From: Methanomethylovorans hollandica DSM 15978 | GTDB taxonomy: Archaea; Halobacteriota; Methanosarcinia; Methanosarcinales; Methanosarcinaceae | NCBI RefSeq assembly: GCF_000328665.1 | Contig: NC_019977.1 | Span: 1,790,011-1,854,010 of the forward strand | Length of the DNA stretch: 64,000 bases | Direction of reading: 5' to 3' | Part shown: in pieces, positions 40,650 to 51,263 of the stretch | How the letters are laid out: every line of letters starts with the position of its first letter | Numbering within the stretch: position 1 is the stretch's first letter | Program-made: the position numbers and the translations under genes | The notes under the pieces: model-generated | Database searches by the model: none | Seen by the model: the letters and a program-made list of their open reading frames with translations, nothing else | What the model was told of the DNA's origin: nothing

Positions 40650-40733
40650 AGGAAATATAAATAATATAGGAAGCTAACCGTTTTTAACATGTGTGAGTGT
40701 CATATGTAAAGGAAATGAGAAGGCTGGGATAAA

Positions 40734-40970
40734 ATGGATGAAGAAGAAGCAGAAATGGAAGAGTTCATGGAAGATATGAGGTCTGAAGAACTTATTCAAG
40801 TATGTCCAGTATGCGGAAACCCTGAACTATATTATGAGGTAGGCGGAGTGGAAGGCTTGTACCACTGCAAGAATTGCGGCTATATAGGCGCCTTTGTGAT
40901 CGATGCCAATAAAGAGATGATGGAGCTTATTCAGAAAGAATACAATGCTACTGCACGGGACGCAGAATAA
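40734..40970 (+). CDS. small Zn-ribbon protein
   Basis: CPVCG...CKNCGY. Confidence 0.7.
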   Translation: MDEEEAEMEEFMEDMRSEELIQVCPVCGNPELYYEVGGVEGLYHCKNCGYIGAFVIDANKEMMELIQKEYNATARDAE

Positions 40971-41016
40971 AAAAACAAGTTTCTATAATAGCAAATGAAA
41001 AAGTGTTGAAACAGGG

Positions 41017-41604
41017 TCATGCGGCTGGTATGCCTTCGACCTCTGTTTTCCTTATCTCTACTCTTCTAAGAGGATAGATGTTCTTTGCGTTCCTGTAAAT
41101 AGTAGCAGAGAGTTTGCCCATAATAGCTTCTTCCACAAACTGCTCGAAGTTAAGCTCGCTTGCTCTTTCCTTCACAGTACCGTCCATTACCTCACGGATA
41201 CCTTCGATCTGGCTGGTCCTTGCCCTTTTTACAGTGAAACAAATAGGTTTCACTCTGACGGTATAACCATCCTTGGTAGTGACCTTAAGGTTTGTATCTA
41301 TTCTGGAGGTCTGCCTCTTGACAATGGAACGCAGATAATCAGTAGTGATCTCGTGTCCGATGAAAAGGGTTTGTGCAACGTCCCCATTGATGTCGTTGAT
41401 CCTGAACTTGAGTTTAGTATTGTGCTTTGAGAAATCGTTAGTGAGGTCGCCAACAGTGGCTTCCACAATACGCCCAATGAGCTGTTCAGGTTCCTCTGCC
41501 ATAGTGGTGCCGATATTGTTCCTGCCTATAAACTCAGGTGTTTCAATGTTATACCAGGATTTAGACTTCCATTTGTCTAATTTTTTCTGTACTTTTCTTG
41601 CCAA
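41017..41604 (-). CDS. rps3ae: 30S ribosomal protein S3Ae (eS1)
   Basis: DKWKSKSWY...[14 protein letters not shown] start after GGAGG. Confidence 0.95.
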   Translation of the reverse strand: MARKVQKKLDKWKSKSWYNIETPEFIGRNNIGTTMAEEPEQLIGRIVEATVGDLTNDFSKHNTKLKFRINDINGDVAQTLFIGHEITTDYLRSIVKRQTSRIDTNLKVTTKDGYTVRVKPICFTVKRARTSQIEGIREVMDGTVKERASELNFEQFVEEAIMGKLSATIYRNAKNIYPLRRVEIRKTEVEGIPAA

Positions 41605-41749
41605 GTAATTCCTCCGATCAACGCGAATTCTTATGATAGATGATATGAATAATGTATCTGTTCACTGTGCATTCGTTCCTTAGAACGACAACATAGAATA
41701 GATCCTGATTAATGGCTCTGTATACTAGACATGTCTCTATATAAAGAAA

Positions 41750-41769
41750 TCGGTCAGCAGACTGACCGA
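41750..41769 (-). terminator. hairpin downstream of serS
   Basis: TCGGTCAG-CAGA-CTGACCGA followed by TTTCTTT on the - strand. Confidence 0.45.
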
Positions 41770-41779
41770 CAGGTCCGAT

Positions 41780-43288
41780 TTACAGGAAGCGTATGCCCTT
41801 TGACACTTTGCCGGCGCGCTTTGCAAATCCTTCAGGCCAGTTCACAGGATCCAGACCTTTCTGAGCAAAGAAAGCAGAAGACCATCTTTCCAGACCTACG
41901 CCTGAACATCCTGACCAGAGTTCCTCACCTGACTGACACTTGACGTTGAAACCAGCCGGGTACTTGGCCCCATTAACGCTTACATTCTGGAACTCCAGCC
42001 ATTCTCCGTTCTCGCCCCTGTATGGCAGAACCGCTTCGTAATCAGTGGTACCGGCCTCGCTCTGTGCGGCCACACCTGTAAGTCCTTCCTGTGCCATGAA
42101 CCAGGGAGTAACCCAGGCCTTTCTCCATTCCAGCTCCAGGATCTCATTGAATATGTGCATGTACTTCTCATGCAGTTCCTTTGCACACTCCAATACCTGC
42201 TCTTTGGCTCCGAGCCATACGATCTCTATCCTGTGGAACTCATCCACGCGTTCCATACCATGGATACCACCGCTCTCATACCTGTGAGAAGTTCCGGATC
42301 TGTCAAATACCTTTATCGGGAACTCATCTGTGGGTATTGTCTCTCCCTGTAGGAACATCCAGAAGGGAGGACACTGGGCATAACACATGCCACCGATTGG
42401 TTCACCGATCTTCTCTTTTATAAGGGCAGTGGGAACCTCATGTGTAACTTTGTAATAATCACTGACCTCTTCCCAGTAATCCGGATCCCTGGTCTTGGGA
42501 GGACATACATAATAGATCTCAGGATAGACTCCTTTAGCATGACCTGACTTCTGCCAGACCTCCCAGGGCACCAGCTTGGGGAAGATCATCTCCCTGTAAC
42601 CAAGCGGACCCAGAAGTTCCTCAAGCACAATTCTCTCAAAGGTCCGGAACATCTGCGTGGACTGTGGTCCATGTATCCACTGACCCCGGCTTGCACCCCT
42701 CTTGAGCCAGCCCTCTTTTAGCATTGCCTGAGTGGGATCCCCGGAGAACTGATGCTCTTTCTTTTCACTCTGCCACAGTATTTGCCAGTGCTCAGCCTTG
42801 CCACCATAGGATTGCTGCTGGATCTTGTCTTCCATCAAAGTGAGTATCCTGTCAGGCACCCGGTTCTCGATCTCAGACTCACCCACATCCAGGGACAGTT
42901 TTATTGCACCATTCTCATAATCAATGGACTTCACATAAGGTATCTTCAATTGCTTTAAGGGCTTTTCTGCCGGCATGGTTATAATAAATGACTCCACTTC
43001 AATGGCCCTTAGACCAATACGAAAGTCCTTACCTAATTTTGCTGCCAGAGGCTTGCGTATGCGCATGAGTGCATCGTGGGCGCGTACATAGCGACCGGAT
43101 TCTATCAACATGTCTATTTTATTGCCGTCAATACCCCATTCTACTACCTGTGCTCCATAGCCATCTGAAGCACCCTTGACTAGAATGGTCCTGTTTGCCT
43201 CTTCTAAATACTCCCCTATCATCTCATGAGCAGGAGTGACATCCGAACTCGCCCGGATAGCAACTTTCAATGTGAAATGCAATTCCAT
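41780..43288 (-). CDS. serS: seryl-tRNA synthetase, methanogen type
   Basis: [23 protein letters not shown] and [12 protein letters not shown]. Confidence 0.95.
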   Translation of the reverse strand: MELHFTLKVAIRASSDVTPAHEMIGEYLEEANRTILVKGASDGYGAQVVEWGIDGNKIDMLIESGRYVRAHDALMRIRKPLAAKLGKDFRIGLRAIEVESFIITMPAEKPLKQLKIPYVKSIDYENGAIKLSLDVGESEIENRVPDRILTLMEDKIQQQSYGGKAEHWQILWQSEKKEHQFSGDPTQAMLKEGWLKRGASRGQWIHGPQSTQMFRTFERIVLEELLGPLGYREMIFPKLVPWEVWQKSGHAKGVYPEIYYVCPPKTRDPDYWEEVSDYYKVTHEVPTALIKEKIGEPIGGMCYAQCPPFWMFLQGETIPTDEFPIKVFDRSGTSHRYESGGIHGMERVDEFHRIEIVWLGAKEQVLECAKELHEKYMHIFNEILELEWRKAWVTPWFMAQEGLTGVAAQSEAGTTDYEAVLPYRGENGEWLEFQNVSVNGAKYPAGFNVKCQSGEELWSGCSGVGLERWSSAFFAQKGLDPVNWPEGFAKRAGKVSKGIRFL

Positions 43289-43386
43289 TTATTTATTCCT
43301 CGTAATAGTGAATGAAGAGCCAGCATAGTAGGTAAGCTTTTCAGTAGGCAAAAAGGCGTACATCCTTTATTATGTTGTCGAAAAAG

Positions 43387-43556
43387 GGCTCTGTAGAAAA
43401 CCTACTTTAAATTCTATTTTTACCTGGCTCTGTAGAAATCCTCTAAATTCAAACAATAATGTAAGTCAATAAAACTTCTATATGTTGGCCTGAATAATAG
43501 TTATTTTCGCATAATTTTGGCTATGAGTAGCTATTTAAAAAGGTTTTCTACGAGCC
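43387..43556. mobile_element. MITE / IS-end remnant
   Basis: GGCTCTGTAGAAA(A/T)CCT at 43387 and 43426; inverted copy AGGTTTTCTAC-GAGCC ending at 43556; no transposase. Confidence 0.7.
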
Positions 43557-43732
43557 GAATTTATAGCAAACGTAATTATTGTCGTTTTTGCTTTTTTCTC
43601 ATTCAACAGATCTTTGTTAGGTTCAATATTTTGAGAATAGTTTTCATGTACCACATTATTCAAGCATATTTTTAAGTTTATGGTATTTAACAAATAGAAG
43701 CTGAATTTTAAATAACATAAAATTTATATATA

Positions 43733-44068
43733 ATGTATAATATATTTATTTGTGAGATAGATGATATAATGGGCACAGATAGAGTATTTCAAGACCAAAA
43801 GGAAAAACAGAACTTAAATCCTTTAGCTGGCAATGATAGACCAGGTGGACCATGCAAATTTGACATTCCTGTGGCATCACCTCCAAACAACTACTCACAA
43901 CCGGATAGCAAATATTCTCATACAGCAACGACTCTTGATAATTCAGTAGAAGTAATAAGAAGTCAAAAATACAACCTATCTTCAGATTTACAAACTAACT
44001 TACTTAAACCGCATCCCAAGAAAAAACCATCGTTGCTTACCAAAATAAAGAAATTTTTCAAAAATTAA
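43733..44068 (+). CDS. hypothetical protein
   Basis: AT-rich 111-aa ORF; no motif. Confidence 0.4.
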   Translation: MYNIFICEIDDIMGTDRVFQDQKEKQNLNPLAGNDRPGGPCKFDIPVASPPNNYSQPDSKYSHTATTLDNSVEVIRSQKYNLSSDLQTNLLKPHPKKKPSLLTKIKKFFKN

Positions 44069-44153
44069 TTCAACATATATGTGAGGAAGTGGATACCTTT
44101 GGTATTACTTTAAAAAATGATTAAAATGTCTTAAAATCATCAGAGGTTGACTT

Positions 44154-45365
44154 ATGCGTTGGGACTGGAATAAAACCTTCATTGGAATGTTCAGATTAGG
44201 ATTAATGGTTTTATCTTTTTCATTTGTCATTCAGAATGAGGTGATACTTAATGATGAATTCTTACCCCAGATACCTGTTGGATTCATTTTGGTATTTGTT
44301 ATAGGATTTTTTATATTACGCCATATACTCAGGACATTTAAGTGGTATTCTTCATGCTGTAAAAAAAAAAGATATCAAACGAATGTGATTGTTCATTTTT
44401 GTTTATATTTAATACTTTTCTCAATTGTATTATCCATTCCGGTGACTTTAGATGCGACATCAACATTGCAAAAAGATACGTTACAAAATAGTGAACATAT
44501 TGATTTATTACGCAATATTGCTGAAACAATTACAACTACTGAGTCAGTTACACCGGATGCATCACGTTTTAAAACCGATCCAAAAACTGTAGATTATAAC
44601 TATATTTTACGTGGAGTTCATGGACATATAACATATACTGTGTATGGTGGCTTAAATGATTATTTAAAGGAATTACCGAGATCAATTAGTTATTACACTA
44701 CGCCACCAACTGATATAGATTTTATTAACAGAAATTTGAATGATGAAAATCAAAAACTTTTTTTAGACCCATTCGTTGAACAGATTAAGGGTATTACACC
44801 AAATAAAGACGACCAAGCTAGAATTGCAATAAGTCTTGTACAAAACATAAACTACGATACTGCTGCCTTTATGTCAGACAATGTTAAAGGAAAATATCCA
44901 TATGAAGTTTTGTATACAGGTTCAGGCTTGTGTTCAGGAAAATCAGAGTTGATTGCTTACTTATTGCGAGGTCTTGGTTATGAAGTAGTTATATTCAGTT
45001 TTAATACTGAAAACCATGATGCCATTGGAATAAAATGTCCACAAAAATACAGTTATAGAGACACAGGTTATTGTTTTGTTGAATCAACTTCACCAAGCAT
45101 TATAACGGATGCTTCTGGAGATTATGTAGGAACAGGAAAACTAACTACGATGCCAAATATACTAAAGATATGTGATGGCAATTCATTTGACAGCGTTTCT
45201 GAAGAATACGATGACAATATTAATTATTACAAATTATGCAACGACATGAACTCTTACCCCAGTGCGACACTGAGTCAATCAGACTATAATGAATTGAAAT
45301 CTTATCATGATGAATGGCAGAAATTGGTGGATAAATATGGAATTGAAGTAGCCTTACTTAATTAA
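44154..45365 (+). CDS. membrane-anchored transglutaminase-like protein
   Basis: Three N-terminal TMs; VQNINYD, YPYEVL..G.GLCSGKS, HDAIGI and VEST. Confidence 0.75.
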   Translation: MRWDWNKTFIGMFRLGLMVLSFSFVIQNEVILNDEFLPQIPVGFILVFVIGFFILRHILRTFKWYSSCCKKKRYQTNVIVHFCLYLILFSIVLSIPVTLDATSTLQKDTLQNSEHIDLLRNIAETITTTESVTPDASRFKTDPKTVDYNYILRGVHGHITYTVYGGLNDYLKELPRSISYYTTPPTDIDFINRNLNDENQKLFLDPFVEQIKGITPNKDDQARIAISLVQNINYDTAAFMSDNVKGKYPYEVLYTGSGLCSGKSELIAYLLRGLGYEVVIFSFNTENHDAIGIKCPQKYSYRDTGYCFVESTSPSIITDASGDYVGTGKLTTMPNILKICDGNSFDSVSEEYDDNINYYKLCNDMNSYPSATLSQSDYNELKSYHDEWQKLVDKYGIEVALLN

Positions 45366-45495
45366 AATGACATCTATACCGCCTGTTCTTTGCGTAAGGA
45401 AGAGGAATGAGCAAAAAAGTTAATTCATATATATCCTTACTGCATACCCTGTCGTTTCTATCTAACAGTATTATACCTTGAAGTGTGATGATATA

Positions 45496-46422
45496 ATGAA
45501 TATATTGATATTAGGTGCGGGTGCCGTAGGCCTGTCTATTGCAGCCCGTCTTTCCAGGGTCTCTGATGTGTATGCCGTATGCAGACACAAACATGCTGAA
45601 ATTATAAAGACAGATGGTTTTAGAATGACAGGCATCTGGGGGGAAGAGACCAGTTTTTTCAGCTGCGGTGAAGATATACCAAAGAACAGGGACTTTGATT
45701 ACATATTCATAAGTTCCAAGTCCACTGCCACCAGATCCATTTGTGAACAGTTCGCTGATATTATAAAAGGCAGAGAAGTAATAAGCCTCCAGAATGGAAT
45801 AGGCAACGAAGAAATAATAGCAGAGTACACTGACACTGTGATAGGAGGTACTATAATCACGGGTTTCGAATGGACCGGGGATGCAAGTGTTCATGTATCT
45901 GTGGAAAGTGGCCCCATGCAGCTTGGCAGATTCCCTTCAGGAATGGATGGTGGTGTGCAAAAGCTTGCAGAAATACTACTCAAAGCTGACGTTCCTGTGT
46001 CTGCAACAGATAATATAAAAGGAGCAATATGGTCTAAGGTCCTTTACAATTGTGCATTGAACCCTCTTGGAGCTATAATGGGTGTGCCCTATGGCAAGCT
46101 GGAAAATCCACATGCATGGAGCATAATAGAAGGTATGATGGATGAAGCTTTCAGGGTAACAGCTGCTGAAAAAGTGCAATTGTCCTGGGATACTGCCAAA
46201 GAGTACATTAAATATCTGAAAGAACACCAGTTACCTAATACACGGGCACATCATTCTTCTATGCTGCAGGACCTTGCAGCCGGCAAAAGAACAGAGATCG
46301 AATTTCTGAACGGTGCAATCGCACAGCGTGCAAAAGAATATGCAATGGACACTCCATACAATGCGTTCATAACCGAACAGATATATTTCATGGAAGAACT
46401 GAGAGCAAATGATAATCAATAG
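45496..46422 (+). CDS. panE: ketopantoate reductase
   Basis: LGAGAVG, SLQNGIG, WSKVLYNCALNP and SSMLQD...TEIEFLNG. Confidence 0.9.
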   Translation: MNILILGAGAVGLSIAARLSRVSDVYAVCRHKHAEIIKTDGFRMTGIWGEETSFFSCGEDIPKNRDFDYIFISSKSTATRSICEQFADIIKGREVISLQNGIGNEEIIAEYTDTVIGGTIITGFEWTGDASVHVSVESGPMQLGRFPSGMDGGVQKLAEILLKADVPVSATDNIKGAIWSKVLYNCALNPLGAIMGVPYGKLENPHAWSIIEGMMDEAFRVTAAEKVQLSWDTAKEYIKYLKEHQLPNTRAHHSSMLQDLAAGKRTEIEFLNGAIAQRAKEYAMDTPYNAFITEQIYFMEELRANDNQ

Positions 46423-46439
46423 TAGAAACTGCAACACAC

Positions 46440-47030
46440 ATGAATAGAAACTGCAATACACCTGCTATGAACTCGGGTGAACTGGTAAAACTGGGACTTA
46501 AGGGCATAACTGCCAGGGTACTGGAATGTAAGAAGTGCCCTCTACACGAAAATGCAACCAATAAGGTAATAATTAGAGGTTCCGAAAGACCAAAGGTGCT
46601 GTTCATTGGAGAAGCTCCCGGGAAAAACGAAGATGAGTCCGGCATTCCTTTCTGCGGAAGGGCAGGAAAAGTACTGGATGAACTTATAGATTACATGGCC
46701 CTTGAAGAGAACGAATATGCCATAATCAATACTGTCAAATGCCGTCCTCCGAACAACAGAAAGCCAACGCACAGCGAGCTTAAGACATGCAGACCTTTTC
46801 TGCTTGCTCAGATAGAGCTGCTTGATCCTGAAGTGATCATACTGCTGGGCAATACGGCAGAACAGGCATTTTGTGTTTCACCGCTGAAATGGGGTGAAGC
46901 TGTGAACATGCAGGAGGGTAAATACCTGGTTAAGTTGTACCATCCTGCAGCCCTGCTTTACAGGCGCTCCCTTATGGAACAACAGAAAGAAATGATCGAT
47001 CTGAACAAAAAGCTCTGGCAGAAAATATGA
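46440..47030 (+). CDS. udg: uracil-DNA glycosylase, family 4
   Basis: CKKCPL, IGEAPG..ED, KCRPP.NR and YHPAA. Confidence 0.92.
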   Translation: MNRNCNTPAMNSGELVKLGLKGITARVLECKKCPLHENATNKVIIRGSERPKVLFIGEAPGKNEDESGIPFCGRAGKVLDELIDYMALEENEYAIINTVKCRPPNNRKPTHSELKTCRPFLLAQIELLDPEVIILLGNTAEQAFCVSPLKWGEAVNMQEGKYLVKLYHPAALLYRRSLMEQQKEMIDLNKKLWQKI

Positions 47031-47162
47031 TGCTTGCTTAAAGGAATAGAATCAGAAATAGAATCTGTAAAAAAGAAGGCTCCGATGGCAAAAGTAGTTG
47101 AGATGGAGACTCTGAGGACCAGAATTAAAAATTGATCGTGAATAAAAATGCTCACGAAACGA

Positions 47163-47399
47163 CTACTTTTGGGACCTTTTATCTACATTCTCCAGAATTT
47201 CCTCAGCTATTCGGGCATTCATGAGCAGATCATCCATAGTGGCGATCAGGGTTGTGATCTTTTCAGTACTGAAACTGATAGTTGCCAGTCCTTCAGCAAC
47301 TTCTGTACTCATACCGGAAAGATTATCCGCAGCCAGAGATAAAGCTACTTTTTCTGCCATCTGTGGACTTTTCATGGTAATGGTAGTACGAATTCTCAT
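47163..47399 (-). CDS. pcc1: KEOPS complex subunit Pcc1
   Basis: SLAADN...LIATMDDLLMN; lies after the DHH gene. Confidence 0.8.
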   Translation of the reverse strand: MRIRTTITMKSPQMAEKVALSLAADNLSGMSTEVAEGLATISFSTEKITTLIATMDDLLMNARIAEEILENVDKRSQK

Positions 47400-48757
47400 T
47401 TTTTATCGCCTGACTCTTCACCTGATTGCTGCCCTACGATATCATCCACGATATCAATGAACTCCTGCACCTTTCCAGGGGGAATAGAGGCGCCGGATGC
47501 TATATTATGGCCACCCCCCTGACCACCCACAGCCAAAGCACCTTCCCTTAAGGCATAAGCAAGGTCAAGACCCTTATCTATCAAAGCCCGTGTACCCCGG
47601 CCTGAAATTTTGACGATCCCTTCTACTTCATTGGTTACAATACAGGGTTTCTCAGGGTGCATGTATCTGACCATGGTACTGCTGATCATCCCTGTGTTGT
47701 CCATATCCTTTGCTATGATGTAGCAGATATTCTTCCCTTGCTGCAGCATGCCTTCTGCCTGCTTTATATTAGCTACTATAGACCTTTGATATTCAATTGT
47801 CAACTGGCGTATTTCCTCTACAACGGACGCATCCTGCATACACATGGACAGAGCCATACCAGCCTTTTCCAGCTTACCACATGTATTGAGCATGGCGACA
47901 AAGTCATATACATTCTTTACAAGCTCTTTTTCAAGATAATAAACATCTCCTATGGCAGCGTCCACAGCTTCAGGGCTTGCATGCTTTGCAAGCTTAAGTG
48001 CAATTGAAGATGTAAGCTTCTTGAGATCTCCATGAGACAGCTCACTTAATCTCCCTTTCACCCCAAGGATATCAAGGAAATCATGTATCTTCTTTATGTC
48101 ACCGGTGATATCCAGATAAGGTTCAGGTGTATATTCCAGCACATCGGCTATATCACCATCCCCTACCTTGAGACCCTTTTTGACAGAAACCACGCCTGCC
48201 TGTGTGGCCTCCTCCAGAATATGCAGATTTGCACTTCCAAAGAGCTGTTTGTCTCCGACAGCACCTGCAATTGCAAGTCCTGCAAGATCAACATTATCCG
48301 GATCCATTTCCTTTGCCACCAGATAGGTAGTACCTGAAGCAGATAGATATATAGCTCCATCAATGCCCGTATAATGAGGATTTACAGCTACCTTTGCAGG
48401 GGATTCACCCACAGGCATATGATGATCGATAACTATCACATCATTCTCAATCTGCCTGATAAGTTCTATCTGTCCACTGCCCATATCACAGAATATGACC
48501 AGGTCTTCCGCAGATACACTGCTCTTTATTGTATCAATGGTATCCTGAGCCAGCCTGCTTGTAATAGTGGTCTGGAAAGTCATGCCTTTTCGCATGAGGG
48601 CCCTGCACATTATACCCGCCGAAGTAAGACCGTCAGCATCATTGTGAGATATAAGACGTACATGCCTGTGTGCAGATATCACATCGGCAGCTTTTGCTGC
48701 AAGCTCTTTGAGCCTGCTCAGAGCTATGCTTTCAGATGTCAAATGCGTCACCATCAC
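47396..48757 (-). CDS. RecJ-like DHH/DHHA1 phosphoesterase
   Basis: HNDADG, DMGSG, IDHH and GGGHNIASGA. Confidence 0.92.
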   Translation of the reverse strand: MMVTHLTSESIALSRLKELAAKAADVISAHRHVRLISHNDADGLTSAGIMCRALMRKGMTFQTTITSRLAQDTIDTIKSSVSAEDLVIFCDMGSGQIELIRQIENDVIVIDHHMPVGESPAKVAVNPHYTGIDGAIYLSASGTTYLVAKEMDPDNVDLAGLAIAGAVGDKQLFGSANLHILEEATQAGVVSVKKGLKVGDGDIADVLEYTPEPYLDITGDIKKIHDFLDILGVKGRLSELSHGDLKKLTSSIALKLAKHASPEAVDAAIGDVYYLEKELVKNVYDFVAMLNTCGKLEKAGMALSMCMQDASVVEEIRQLTIEYQRSIVANIKQAEGMLQQGKNICYIIAKDMDNTGMISSTMVRYMHPEKPCIVTNEVEGIVKISGRGTRALIDKGLDLAYALREGALAVGGQGGGHNIASGASIPPGKVQEFIDIVDDIVGQQSGEESGDKK

Positions 48758-49950
48758 TGCATAAGAACTTCACCGGGTCTGGTGCCGCTGCCATTCTCAA
48801 TCACAACACCCACATTGATGCTGGTGTTGATGCCCGTATGAACATCATCCCCCATTATCACACCCAGCTTTCTGCGGCCTGTATCTACCCTCTTGCCTTT
48901 GATGATGGACTTGATGCTCTTGCCATCATGACGAAGATTTGCAACCTTTGTACCAGCACCGAAATTACAACCGTACCCTACAACGCTGTCACCAATGTAT
49001 GTAAGGTGTCCAATTTTAGTGTAATCCATGATGACACAGTTCTTCACCTCAACGCCATTGCCTATATGCACATTGTTGCCTATGGAAGTGGAGGGCCGGA
49101 TAAAACAATTGGGACCTATATCGCAATTCTTACCGATGACCACAGGACCTATGATGTACGCACCATTGCGCACGATTGTACCCTCACCTATAATCACATC
49201 TCCATGTAAGGTAGCCATTGGTTCCACAGTACCTTCACATTTAGGCTTGATCTTTTCAAGCAGAGCCTTGTTGGCATCCAGCATATCCCAAGGTCTACCC
49301 ACATCCAGCCAGACATGGGTAAGAGGTTCAAAACCCACATGTATGCCATCGTTTACCATCATCTGCATGGAATCGGTTATTTCATATTCATTGCGTGGAG
49401 ATAGCGCAGTCCTGTCAATGTATTCAAAGATAGTAGTATCGAACAGGTAAATGCCTGCATTAACGGTTTTAACAGGAGGGTCAAGAGGTTTTTCGATTAT
49501 ACGGACAACCTTATCCGCTTCCGTAACGATCACTCCGAATTCAGACGGATTCTCAACCGCCTTTACACTAATTACAGCAGGCTCATTGTGCTGTATAAGT
49601 TTTTCAAGATGTGTAGGGTCTACAAGCATGTCACCATTTAGCTGAACAAAGCGTCCATTCACATATTCTCTGGCACAACCTATTGCATTAGCAGTACCAA
49701 GCTGCTTTTCCTGGGTTACATGATCAATATGTATACCCCATCTTTTCCCGTCACCGAAATAATCCCTGATAGTCTCTTCCTTATAGCCCGTGACCACCAC
49801 AAAATCCTTTATGCCTACCTTGATACAGGCCTCTATCACATGTTCGAGCATGGGTCTGTTAGCAAGAGGCAACATGACCTTCGGCCGGGCAGCGGTCAGA
49901 GGCCGCATACGTGTGCCTTCGCCGGCTGCAAGTATCACTGCCTTCATCAA
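48754..49950 (-). CDS. glmU: bifunctional sugar-1-phosphate nucleotidyl-/acetyltransferase (GlmU-type)
   Basis: [13 protein letters not shown]; hexapeptide repeats; HLTYIGDS. Confidence 0.9.
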   Translation of the reverse strand: MMKAVILAAGEGTRMRPLTAARPKVMLPLANRPMLEHVIEACIKVGIKDFVVVTGYKEETIRDYFGDGKRWGIHIDHVTQEKQLGTANAIGCAREYVNGRFVQLNGDMLVDPTHLEKLIQHNEPAVISVKAVENPSEFGVIVTEADKVVRIIEKPLDPPVKTVNAGIYLFDTTIFEYIDRTALSPRNEYEITDSMQMMVNDGIHVGFEPLTHVWLDVGRPWDMLDANKALLEKIKPKCEGTVEPMATLHGDVIIGEGTIVRNGAYIIGPVVIGKNCDIGPNCFIRPSTSIGNNVHIGNGVEVKNCVIMDYTKIGHLTYIGDSVVGYGCNFGAGTKVANLRHDGKSIKSIIKGKRVDTGRRKLGVIMGDDVHTGINTSINVGVVIENGSGTRPGEVLMQ

Positions 49951-51245
49951 AGGTTCTCCCTGACGGTCTTCTCAGCCATTGCATAAAGCTCTTCTACGTT
50001 TTCACGGGATTCGGCTGTGATCCTTATCTTGGGTTCTGTGCCCGATGGTCTGATAAGTACCCATCCGTCCTTCATTTCCACACGTACACCATCTATATCA
50101 GTAACCTTGCCCATTTGCTTCATCCTTACAGCAATGGTCTGCATTACCCTTTCCTTGTCCATATTATCGCAGGGAAGAGTACCTCTCTTAGTAGGATATC
50201 TGGGAAGTACAGCACGCATTTTACCAAGTGGGGTTTCCTGTACCATTTCTACAAGCAATGCGGCTGCGAGGATACCATCCGGACAATATGATACTCTGGG
50301 GAAGATCCAGCTTCCGGAAGGTTCTCCGCCGAAGGTTGCGCCTATTTTCTTGAGTTCTTCGGCCACGTAAACATCACCTACACGTGTATGGATCACTTCT
50401 GAAAGAGGTAAGGAATCATCCACCATCATCGAAGTATCTACAGGTACCACAAGCTTGCCGGAATCCTTACATTCACGCAAGGCGAAAATTGCAAGCAGCT
50501 CATCCCCTGATACGAATTCTCCGTTCTCATCGACCGCCATCATCCGATCAGCATCGCCGTCATGGGCAATACCGACCTGAGCACCGAACTCCTTTACAGC
50601 CTTTTTGAGCATCCACAGATTTTCCTCTGTTGGTTCCGGATTGCGTGCGGGGAAGTGTCCGTCGAGCTGCGCATTGAGAGTGATGACCTCACACCCCATT
50701 TTTCGTAACAGAAAAGGAGTGATGGTGCTGCCTGCGGCACAACCGCAATCAACAACCACCCGCATCCTGACTGGCTTCACATTGCTCAGGATAAGTTCAA
50801 CATGATCTTTTATGGCTGAACTGTCTGAAGTGATGTCACCTATTTCGTTCCATGGCACAGCCGCGAAATCTTTCTCCTCTATTATGCGTTCGATCTCTTC
50901 CTGCTGTACGGAATCAAATGCCATACCATCAGGGTTCCATAACTTGATGCCCACATACGGAGCAGGATTATGAGAAGCGGTGATCATTACCCCACAATCA
51001 TATTTCCGTGAAGCGTAGGCAAGTGTGGGAGTTGTGACAACTCCGATCCTGACAACATCACAACCTGCAGACACAAGTCCCGAGATCAGTGCATGCTCGA
51101 TCATTTCGCTGGATACTCTGGGATCCCTCCCGATAACTGCGGATCTGTTGGACTTGCCAAGTGCTAACCCAACTTCAAGGGCAAGATCAACTGTTATTTC
51201 TTTATTAGCAAGTCCCCTAATACCGGATGAACCAAATAACTTCAT
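49947..51245 (-). CDS. glmM: phosphoglucosamine mutase
   Basis: [20 protein letters not shown] and RPSGTEP. Confidence 0.92.
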   Translation of the reverse strand: MKLFGSSGIRGLANKEITVDLALEVGLALGKSNRSAVIGRDPRVSSEMIEHALISGLVSAGCDVVRIGVVTTPTLAYASRKYDCGVMITASHNPAPYVGIKLWNPDGMAFDSVQQEEIERIIEEKDFAAVPWNEIGDITSDSSAIKDHVELILSNVKPVRMRVVVDCGCAAGSTITPFLLRKMGCEVITLNAQLDGHFPARNPEPTEENLWMLKKAVKEFGAQVGIAHDGDADRMMAVDENGEFVSGDELLAIFALRECKDSGKLVVPVDTSMMVDDSLPLSEVIHTRVGDVYVAEELKKIGATFGGEPSGSWIFPRVSYCPDGILAAALLVEMVQETPLGKMRAVLPRYPTKRGTLPCDNMDKERVMQTIAVRMKQMGKVTDIDGVRVEMKDGWVLIRPSGTEPKIRITAESRENVEELYAMAEKTVRENL

Positions 51246-51263
51246 AATACAAACCTCTTAAGA

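Noticed and set aside
46423..46461. TAGAAACTGCAA(C/T)ACAC repeated at 22-bp spacing
   Set aside because: Only two copies; most simply a local slippage duplication
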